From the NCBI RefSeq assembly GCF_006345805.1, contig NW_021825974.1, positions 1 through 13,948 on the forward strand: 13,948 nucleotides of DNA, written 5' to 3'. The translations under genes and the position numbers were made by a program. Below, piece by piece: positions 1 through 7,919 of this stretch. The stretch is from Octopus sinensis. Lineage: Eukaryota. The notes under the pieces are model-generated. The model saw only the letters and a list, made by a program, of their open reading frames with translations, was not told where the DNA came from and did not search any database. The stretch's first letter is position 1. Every line of letters begins with the position of its first letter.

Positions 1-82
1 GTCGATGTAATCGACTTAATACCTATGTCTGTCCTTGTTTGTCCCCTCTGTGTTTAGCCCTTGTGGGTAATAAAGAAATAGG
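1..82 (+). mobile_element. 3' part of SINE family 2 (tail type b), cut by the window edge
   Basis: gtcgatgtaatcgacttaatacc...gtttagcccttgtgggtaataaagaaatagg is the reverse complement of the tails at 10481-10562 and 10667-10747. Confidence 0.85.
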
Positions 83-231
83 TATATAATTTTTTAACTT
101 ATATTTAAATTTTATTATATATGTAATTTTCTAGATGGTTGTAATTTATTTTTTTTATTTTGAATTGATTAAAGGTAGTTTTTTTTCTAATTTATATATA
201 TATATATTTATTTATTTATATATATATCTTT

Positions 232-320
232 ATCTACGTATCTACCTAACTGTCTATCTATCTGTCTATCTGTATTTGTCTGTTTATCTATCCGTCTACC
301 TATCTGTCTATCTATCTATC
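232..320. repeat. Degenerate (TCTA/TCTG)n microsatellite
   Basis: Direct reading; explains ORF 135..350. Confidence 0.85.
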
Positions 321-393
321 AACATAATGCGTTATAGCTATAACGGCTAGATAACAGTAATTTCTCTTCTCCTTTTAGAACTACCCCACTTAC

Positions 394-733
394 TCAGACC
401 GTTATCATTTATAAGTAGTGGTCCAGTCCATTCTCGCCAAGGGGCGTAGTACTCTCGCACAACAGATATACAGGAGCTGGACGAGAACGTCGGTCTGCGC
501 GCATCTCGTCGGGCTGATGGCATTTTCATGTCTGTAGAGTTCATCTCGAACCGGTAATACCTCCTCCCCCACCCCGTCCTGTAGCACTTCCTGGCCAAGG
601 ATTTCTGGAAATTATCCATAGGCTCCGGCCCAAAAGATCTCCGTAACAGAGCAGATATATAATTCTCGTCAATGCCCTGAATCTCTCCAAAAATTTTGTC
701 GCACTTGCCCGCCACCAAACCCTCTACAGAACT
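394..733 (-). CDS. Internal coding exon (340 nt, phase 0 to phase 1) of an unidentified host gene: SSVEGLVAGKCDKIFGEIQG...WREWTGPLLINDNGL
   Basis: Minus-strand acceptor with long T tract (tttttttattttttatttttaCAG, 734-760) and donor GTAAGT (393-388). Only one of three frames is open, GC is elevated and the peptide is high-complexity. The first 20 aa and last residues of ORF 347..793 are intronic read-through. Confidence 0.75.
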
Positions 734-967
734 CTGTAAAAATAAAAAATAAAAAAAAAACGAAATGATCACGGATATGACGATTGTGATCACAGGTCTG
801 CCCTTTCAAGGCTGACCGGGGGTTAAAAAGCAACGACAGCACCAATAAATTCTTTGTGAACTTAGGCCTAATTTAGAACCAATTATTTTGATTTATGGCT
901 TAAAATAACGGAAGTTCATGTCCTATATTCCTGAATTTCCTTCATACGACTTTATTTCGTTTGTTCA

Positions 968-1112
968 CACCTTCCCATTCTTCTTTCTTCCTTCACTCTT
1001 TCTCTCTTCTTTCTTACTTTCTTTTTTCTTTCTTTGTTCCTTCCTTTCTTCCTTTCTCTCATCCTCTCTTCCTTTCTTTCTTTCCTTCTTTCTTCCTTTT
1101 CTTTCCCTTTTC
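968..1112. repeat. Polypyrimidine (CTTT/CCTT) low-complexity tract
   Basis: Direct reading; explains the F/S/L-rich ORFs 918..1175 and 961..1146. Confidence 0.9.
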
Positions 1113-1202
1113 ATCTTTGGCTACTTTTCGCTTGGCTTTCTTTTAATACAACCGTTTTGTTTTATGTGCCTTTAATTTAGATGACTTTCACTCTCCGCAT
1201 GC

Positions 1203-1254
1203 ATGCATACATACATACATACATACATACATACATACATACATACATACATAC

Positions 1255-1285
<31 letters not shown>

Positions 1286-1358
1286 CATACATGCATACAT
1301 ACATACATACATACATACATACATACATACATACATACATACATACATACATACATAC
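1203..1358. repeat. Near-perfect (CATA)n tetranucleotide microsatellite
   Basis: About 39 units with two interruptions. Confidence 0.97.
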
Positions 1359-1359
1359 A

Positions 1360-1480
1360 ACTAAAAATACTCTGTTCTTGATGTCGAAATTCCAATGAAG
1401 GAGCCTTGGATCTAGGTTAGAAACCGGCTCTTTCTCTATTGGCAAGAAATCCTGAAATAAAACTGAATGATGACATACAT
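1360..1480 (+). mobile_element. Probable 5'-truncated 3' end of a non-LTR retroelement with a (CATA)n tail
   Basis: Complex-sequence island between two (TACA)n tracts. It contains a stem (ccaat-gaaggagcc 1392-1405 pairing with ggctctttc...attgg 1426-1442) just upstream of gacatacat. It resembles a repeat end I recall from octopus genomes; family not assigned. Confidence 0.45.
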
Positions 1481-1540
1481 ATATACATACATACATACAT
1501 GGGATATATACATACATACATACATTCATACATACATACG

Positions 1541-1828
1541 TATGTACACCTACATACATACATACAAACATGCATACAGAGATACATACATACAAACATA
1601 CATACACATACATACATTCATACATACACACATACATAAGTATGTACACCTACATACATACATACATACAAACATGCATACAGAGATACATACATACAAA
1701 CATACATACACATACATACATTCATACATACACACATACATAAGTATGTACACCTACATACATACATACATACAAACATGCATACAGAGATACATACATA
1801 CATACATACATACACACACATACACACG
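1541..1828. repeat. 100/104-bp higher-order tandem repeat derived from (TACA)n, about 2.8 copies
   Basis: Units start with tatgtacacctac at 1541, 1641 and 1745 and share the same interruptions (aaacatgcatacagagata; cattcata; cataag). Confidence 0.9.
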
Positions 1829-2120
1829 GTACAGTTAAGATTAACAAAAACGTTTCAGAGATTTTCCACGTGAGGGTTTCGCATGCTAAAAATATGGGAA
1901 ATGTGTAAAATGTATCAGGGACTAACCGCACTCCATGTGAATTTCCTGGACCAAACATACACACGCATCCACATATAAATGTTGAATGGCGCAGGAGTGG
2001 CTTTAAAAGTGTAAATGTACATACATGCATATATATATATAATATGTGTGTGTGTTGTGTGTGTGGTGTGTGTGGTCTGGTGTGTGTACATATATATGTG
2101 TAGTATGTATATATATATAA

Positions 2121-2528
2121 TACTCTTTAACTCTTTTCCTCTTTTTACTTGTTTCAGTCATTTACTGCGGCCATGCTGGAAGCACTGCCTTTAGTCGAGC
2201 AATCGACCCCGGACTTATTCTTGTAACCCAGTACTTATTCTATCGGTCTCTTTCCGAACCGCTAAGTGACGGGGACGTAAACACACCAGCATCGGTTATC
2301 AAGCAATGCTAGGGGGAAAACACAGACACACAAAGATATACACACACACTTATATATATATATACATATATACTACGACAGGCTTCTTTCAGTTTCCGTC
2401 TACCAAATCCCCTCACAAGGCATTGGTCGGCCCGGGGCTATAGCAGAGACACTTGCCCAAGATGCCACGCAGTGGACTGAAACCGGAACCATGTTGGTTT
2501 GGTTAGCAAGCTACTTACCACAGCCATC
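2121..2528 (-). mobile_element. SINE family 1 (tRNA-derived, CORE-like domain, internal TA/CA microsatellite), near full length
   Basis: Reverse complement of 6519-6902 over its whole length (gacacttgcccaag, ctttcagtttccgtctaccaaatc, gccatgctgg...), with a tactcttt-type tail at the left end. Confidence 0.9.
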
Positions 2529-2587
2529 CATATATAATATATATATATAATATATATATATATATATTATATATATATATATATGTA

Positions 2588-2634
<47 letters not shown>

Positions 2635-2720
2635 ATGTATGTATATATATATATATCTATATATATATATATAAGGTATGTATGTATGTATATAGTATAT
2701 ATATACACATATATATATTA

Positions 2721-2753
<33 letters not shown>

Positions 2754-2760
2754 ATATATA
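2529..2760. repeat. (TA)n / (TATG)n microsatellite
   Basis: Direct reading. Confidence 0.95.
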
Positions 2761-3095
2761 TTATATAAAATCCGTTCTGTTTGTGTGTGTGTGTGAGTAT
2801 GAGAGAGTGTGTGTGTCTTCTCGGATCTCGGGCATCCTCCATCCGATTGCGCTCAAATTGATATGTAGATACCGATGGTATCAGGGTGTGTATAAGTCTT
2901 GAAAATATTACAAAAATCGATTCCAGGTGAGAATGAGATTGACAAAGCCGAGGGAAATCGTTTATTTCTACTTTTGCTGGTGTCTCAAATTTTGGTTAAA
3001 TCAGTATTTCTCCAAGGGGACAAGTTGTTTTGAGAAAAATTGGTTTAAATGTTTGACAACTTAGCACCGTCCATTGGGCGGGGTCGTTTTGCTCG
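2752..3095 (+). mobile_element. Degenerate non-autonomous Helitron-like element
   Basis: Begins with a tatattatataaaa leader then a (TG)n body. Subterminal hairpin ccgtcc-att-gggcgg (3067-3081), 10-nt spacer, then CTCG|T (3092-3096), one change from CTAG|T. The 5' TC is lost in the (TA)n run. Confidence 0.4.
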
Positions 3096-3096
3096 T

Positions 3097-3118
3097 TTAT
3101 ATATATATTTATATATAT

Positions 3119-3179
<61 letters not shown>

Positions 3180-3254
3180 TATATATATAATATATATACA
3201 TATATATATGTATGTATATATATATATGTATATATGTATATATATATATATATA
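3097..3254. repeat. (TA)n microsatellite
   Basis: Direct reading. Confidence 0.95.
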
Positions 3255-3420
3255 CGACAATACAGGATTGAAAATGTTGTAGTCTAATACGTTCTTAACG
3301 GAATACGGAATACGGAATACACCTCAACTATATATATGTGTGTGTGTGTGAATCGTTGGCGATTATATTTCTCCCGTCTTCATTTTCTATTGGACTTTCT
3401 ATTGGAGTTTCTTCCGTTTC

Positions 3421-3460
3421 CTGTTCCTGAAGAAGAGCCTTGCTCGAAACGTTAAACCAG
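3421..3460 (+). ncRNA. Minimal hammerhead-ribozyme-like motif of the Penelope-like-element type
   Basis: CTGAAGA (3427-3433), A, stem II GAGC-ctt-GCTC (3435-3445), GAAA (3446-3449), and palindromic AACGTT (3448-3453) in place of stem III. Stem I pairs poorly and there is one extra A after the CUGANGA box. Confidence 0.5.
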
Positions 3461-3555
3461 CTTTCTTTCCTTCGCTGAGCGCCTGCTAATACTTTACATG
3501 TACCACGTCTTTTGCGTTCTTGTGTTTGTTCTCGTTTTTTGGGGAATGATTTACT

Positions 3556-3662
3556 ACACACACACCACACACAACACACCACACACACACCCACATCTAT
3601 ATATATATAATATATATATATATAGATATATATATATATTATATATATATATATACATATAC
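3556..3662. repeat. (CA)n then (TA)n microsatellite
   Basis: Direct reading. Confidence 0.9.
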
Positions 3663-3921
3663 ATCACAGCGCATAAATCCATAGTGAATCTACCTACCAA
3701 TAATCACTTTGACTTATCTAACACTTATCTGAGAAGTGAAATTTACTCTGGCCTCACATGACCTCCACGTCACCTCATCATATTACTTATATATATTTGT
3801 CTATTATTTTTTTTTATCTTAGCATTCTTTCTTTTCTTTTTTTTGTTTTCTTTTTTTCCTAATTTTTGGGTTTCCTAAAATTTTTCACTTTCACAATAAT
3901 TTCCCGTTTGTTTTCTTTTAG

Positions 3922-3982
3922 ATAATGATGGCGTCGATTGCGATGATAGTGATGAAGATGATGACGATCATCATCATCATCA

Positions 3983-4017
<35 letters not shown>

Positions 4018-4030
4018 ACATCATCATCTT
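3922..4030. repeat. (GAT)n followed by (CAT)n trinucleotide tract
   Basis: Direct reading; gives the poly-Ser/Ile ORF 3925..4164. Confidence 0.9.
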
Positions 4031-4076
4031 CACTTCATTTATCAACATATCTCGTGTCGCTATCATATTTATCATA

Positions 4077-4086
4077 TAGATATATC

Positions 4087-4166
<80 letters not shown>

Positions 4167-4176
4167 CATATATATA

Positions 4177-4209
<33 letters not shown>

Positions 4210-4342
4210 GGTATGTATATATATGTATATGTATATATATATTATATATAATATATATGTATATATATATGTAACTATGTATAAACACACACACACACTC
4301 ACACACACAACACACACACACACACTATATATATATATATAT
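4077..4342. repeat. (TA)n / (CA)n microsatellite
   Basis: Direct reading. Confidence 0.95.
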
Positions 4343-4429
4343 GAATCTATATTTTTCTTGTTTATTATTCTGTGGTGTGAAATATGTGAGGTGAGATAAG
4401 ATATTGGATATCAACAGCATGACAAGGTG

Positions 4430-4680
4430 AAAAGAGAATGACAGAGTAAGTGAGAGACAGACTGACAGGCAGACGGACAGACAGAGGGAGAGAGAGAGAG
4501 AGATGGTGAGGAAGAGGAAGTATGCGTTAGAGAGTGGTGGGGAGAGAGTGACAGACAGACAGAGAATAATGGATAGGTGAGACAGGCAATGAAGATGCTA
4601 TTGAAGTAATGCGTAGAGATTGGGATGGTGAGGGAAAGGGTTATTGAAGAGGAAGTCAAGAATGGAAGAGCTATATATAA
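4430..4680. repeat. Purine-rich (GA/GACA) low-complexity tract
   Basis: Direct reading. Confidence 0.8.
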
Positions 4681-4754
4681 ATACATACATATATATATGT
4701 GTGTGTGGGGGGGGTGTCTATGTGTGTGTATATATATATAAAAACGTCGCCCTT

Positions 4755-5038
4755 TTTAAGCCTAGCCAGGCTCATGGGCCCGGTTTCCCGGTTTCTGTGG
4801 CGTATATGTTCCCCCCAGCTGGACGGGACGCCAGTCCATCACAGCGTTACTCAAGAAACAGGAAGAGAGTGTGGGAGAAAGTTGTGGCGAAAGAGTACAA
4901 CAGGGGTCACTACCACCCCCTGCCGGAGCCTTGTGGAGCTTTTAGGTGTTTTCGCTCAATAAACACACACAACGCCGGTCTGGGAACCGAAACTGCGATC
5001 CTCCGACCTCGAGTCCGCTGCCCTAACCAATGAACCAT
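4755..5038 (-). mobile_element. SINE family 3, copy A (tRNA head at right end, V-domain-like core)
   Basis: The minus strand reads TGGTTCATTGG (A-box-like) ... GTTTCGGTTCCC (B-box-like). The body aligns with 5039-5286 and 5956-6256. Core ctgtgatggactggcgtcccgtccag lies at 4844-4819. Confidence 0.85.
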
Positions 5039-5286
5039 TGTTTGTTCCTATTTCGAGCCATGCCTGGCTCGTTAGGGCCGGTTTCCCGGTTTCCCGGTTT
5101 TCTTGGCGTATAGGTTCCCCACCTGGACGGGATGCCGGTCCGTCGCCGGTGAGCTGCAAGATGCAGGAGGAAAGAGTGAGAGAAAGTTGTGGGGAAAGAT
5201 TAAGCAGAAGTCCGCCATTACCTTCTGCCGGAGCCGCGTGGAGCTTAGGTGTTTTCGCTCATAAACACACACATCGCCCGGTCTGA
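5039..5286 (-). mobile_element. SINE family 3, copy B, headless; its tail abuts the head of copy A
   Basis: Highly similar to 5956-6192 (gagctgcaagatgcaggaggaaagagtgagagaaagttgtgg). Similarity stops at cccggtctga (5286), just before the B box. Confidence 0.85.
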
Positions 5287-5955
5287 GGTCAAGTAAGTCA
5301 GCGTCGATTAAGCGACGCCAAATAAGCGGCGCAAAAACGACTTTGCCATAAGGTTTCATACTCCGTATTCGAGCATCTGGTTGCTCTTAGGTGAAACATT
5401 TAAAGAGAAACATTAGAGGAATCGGTATTATTATGTATAGGAATGACTGTCACACCTGTATGTGTTTATCATTTGACGTGCTGCGCAGGTTGCGTGGATT
5501 ATTGTATAGAAATTGGGAGGACGTGTGAATGTCGTATATGTGTCATTGTGTGTCAACATATCAACAAGTATCTGTGCTTATAGACTTCAATGCATTCTGT
5601 ATACATACCTGTATATGTCCGTGACGTATATATATAGCTGTTGATATTTATCAACTTTGTTTTATATCGGTATCTTTAGTCACATGCACGCACGTACACA
5701 CATGCGCGCGCGCTTAAATTCATATATATACCCACGTGTTTGCTTATATACTGATTAATTGTATGCTTTGGAATCAACACATATTTACCCAACACTTATA
5801 TGCGTATGTGTGTATGTATACATGTGTATTTGTATGTGTGTGTGTGAGTGTGTGTGTGTGTGCACCCGGGTGTTTGAAATCACTGAGGTACTTGATCTCA
5901 AGACGTACATAGACGTTCGTATAAATATAGCCACACACATCTCATCCTGTATATT

Positions 5956-6256
5956 GTTTGTTCCTTCTCGGGCCACGCCTGGCTCATAAGGGCCGGTTTC
6001 CCGGTTTCCTTGGCGTATAGGTTCCCTACCAGGACGGGATGCTGGTTCGTCACAGGTAAGCTGCAAGATGCAGGAGGAAAGAGTGAGAGAAAGTTGTGGC
6101 AAAAGAGTCAGCAGAAGTTCGCCATTACCTTCTGCCGGAGCCGCACGGAACTTAGGTGTTTCGCTCATAAACACACACATCGCCCGGTCTGATATTCGAA
6201 CCCGCGATATCTCGACGGCGATTCCGCTGCTCTAACCACTAGGCCATGTGCCTCCA
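5956..6256 (-). mobile_element. SINE family 3, copy C, full length with 13-bp target-site duplication
   Basis: A box TGGCCTAGTGG and B-box-like GGTTCGAATATC on the minus strand. Flanked by CATCCTGTATATT at 5943-5955 and 6257-6269. Confidence 0.9.
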
Positions 6257-6290
6257 CATCCTGTATATTACTTACTACTAATAAATATAA

Positions 6291-6500
6291 AGGCGGCGAG
6301 CTAGCAGAATCGTTAGCACGCCGGGAGAAATGCTTCGAAGTATTTCGTCTGCCGTTACGTTCTGAGTTCAAATTCCGCTGAGGTCGACTTTGCCTTTCAT
6401 CTTTTGGGGGTCGATAAAATAAGTACCAGCTGTGTATTGAGGTCGATCCAATAGACTGGCACCTTCCCCCTTAAATTTCAGGCTTTGTTCTTATAATAAT
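6291..6500 (+). mobile_element. SINE family 2 (tRNA-derived, Meta-like central domain), tail type a
   Basis: Head aggcggcgagctagcagaatcgttagc, B box GAGTTCAAATTCC (6364-6376), core ggtcgactttgcctttcatc...ggtcgataaaataagtaccag, tail cccccttaaatttcaggctttgt. Confidence 0.9.
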
Positions 6501-6518
6501 ACTATGGACTACTCATAA

Positions 6519-6902
6519 GGCGCAGGAGCGGCTGTGTGGTAAGTAGCTTGCTTACCAGCCACATGGTTCCGGGTTCAGTCCCACTGCGTTGCACCTTGGG
6601 TAAAGTGTTTTCTACTATAGCCTAGGACCGACTAAAGCCTTGTGAGGGGATTTGGTAGACGGAAACTGAAAGAAGCCCGTCGTATATATGTATATATATA
6701 TGTATGTGTGTGTGTGTGTGTGTGTGTATGTTTGTGTGTCCCTGGTTGTTCCCCCAGCATCGCTTGACAATCGATGCTGGTGTGTTTACGTCCCCGTAAC
6801 CTAGCGGTTCGGCAGAAGAATCCGATAGAATAAGTACTAGGCTTACAAAGACTAAGTCCTGGGGTCGATTTGCTCGACTAAAAGGCGGTGCTCCAGCATG
6901 GC
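6519..6902 (+). mobile_element. SINE family 1 (CORE-like), ending in a fold-back
   Basis: A-box-like CGGCTGTGTGG (6529-6539), B box GGTTCAGTCCC (6572-6582), CORE-like gcaccttgggtaaagtgttttctactatagcc (6591-6622), internal TA/TG repeat. Inverse of 2121-2528. Confidence 0.9.
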
Positions 6903-6924
6903 TGTGGCCATGCTGGAGCACCGC
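6885..6924. repeat. Perfect 18-bp inverted repeat with 4-nt spacer
   Basis: GCGGTGCTCCAGCATGGC (6885-6902), tgtg, GCCATGCTGGAGCACCGC (6907-6924). Confidence 0.97.
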
Positions 6925-6938
6925 AACACCCACAGCAC

Positions 6939-7220
6939 GGTGGTGGTGGTGGTGGTGGTGGTGGCGGAGATATTAGTGGCAGTGATGGTGACGGTGAAGA
7001 AGGTGTGGTGGTGGTGGTGGTGTGAGGATAATGGTGATGATGGTTGTGGTGTCATCTTAACGATGCTGATAGTACTGATGGTGGTGATGGTGGTGATGGT
7101 GGTGCTGGTGGTGGTGGTGATGCTGGTGATGTTGGTGTTGTGTTGGTCGTGGTAATGGAGATGGTAGTGGTGGTGATGGTGGTGGTAATTGTGGTGATGG
7201 TGGTGGTGATGGTGACGGAT
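6939..7220. repeat. Degenerate (GGT/GAT)n trinucleotide tract
   Basis: Direct reading; source of the poly-Val/His/Thr ORFs. Confidence 0.95.
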
Positions 7221-7671
7221 GTTAATGTGTAAGCAAAAGAAAGACGAAAAGGAGGAAAAGGGACAATTTCAGGGAGTGGGGGAACGAGTTTTGTCGTGTT
7301 CGATCGGAGTGGAGTGGTCAGGTGGAAAATATATGTCTAAAGTTAATTTATGCATTGCACCGTGTTAAATATTTGCAGACTCCCTCATAAACTAAATCCC
7401 TTCCTTCGATGATGTTTATTTAGCTCCCTAAAGTACGCCCCACCCACTATTCCACCGACCCCTTATTTTAATTCCGTTTTCTCTCCTCCTTGCTTCACTT
7501 CAATAAAATACCTGGAATACGCCCTTTATTTCCCTGCTCGCTTTGTTGTTGTTGTTGTTGACCTACGATTCGATGGAAGAGCGGGTGGTCCCTTGGAAAT
7601 ATCAGCAACAACAACAACAATAATAATAATAATAATAATCCTTTCTACTAAAGGCACATAGCCTGAAATTT

Positions 7672-7716
7672 TGGGGGAAGGGACTGGTCGACGTAATTGA
7701 CCAGTCCCTTCCCCCA
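7672..7716. repeat. Perfect 18-bp inverted repeat with 9-nt spacer
   Basis: TGGGGGAAGGGACTGGTC (7672-7689), gacgtaatt, GACCAGTCCCTTCCCCCA (7699-7716). Confidence 0.97.
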
Positions 7717-7919
7717 CTAGTGGTGGTGGTGGTGGTGGAGGGGGGTGATGATGATGATGATAGGGGTCAAGGTAGACGTCGTCGTTGTCGTCGTCGTCGT
7801 AGCGTCGTCGTTGTGGACACCACCACCACCACCACCACCGCCACCATCACCACCACCACCACCACCACCACCGACAACAACATCACCACCAGCATCAGCA
7901 GCACCACCACCACCACCAT
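7717..7919. repeat. Compound trinucleotide tract (GGT)n-(GAT)n-(GTC)n-(CAC)n
   Basis: Direct reading; the left GGT run and the right CAC run are mutually complementary. Confidence 0.9.

Noticed and set aside
361-460. Strong plus-strand acceptor tttctcttctccttttag (378)
   Set aside because: All three plus frames hit stops within 25 codons and I found no matching donor; the minus exon explains the region.
347-793. Full 148-aa ORF with a hydrophobic, signal-peptide-like N-terminus (MITIVISVIISFFFYFLFLQ)
   Set aside because: The hydrophobic stretch is the translated polypyrimidine tract of the 3' splice site; only 394-733 is credible as an exon.
786-845. Possible remnant of another retroposon tail (gctgaccgggggttaaaaagcaacgac)
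   Set aside because: No second copy in the window and my recollection is too vague to support a call.
1988-2002. ggcgcaggagtggct matching the family 1 SINE head
   Set aside because: Only ~15 bp and no body follows; too short to annotate as an element.
4644-6371. Complex-looking ORFs 4644..5033, 5038..5286, 5072..5359, 5785..6180 and 6165..6371
   Set aside because: They lie within family 3 and family 2 SINE copies and frames are not preserved between copies.
6185-6585. tRNA-like sequences with A and B boxes
   Set aside because: They are SINE heads that continue into repeat bodies, with no intact acceptor stem or cloverleaf that I can fold.
7340-7450. POU/octamer-like (ttatgcat, atttgcag) and GC-box-like (cgccccaccc) motifs
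   Set aside because: Short motifs are expected by chance and no conservation data are available.
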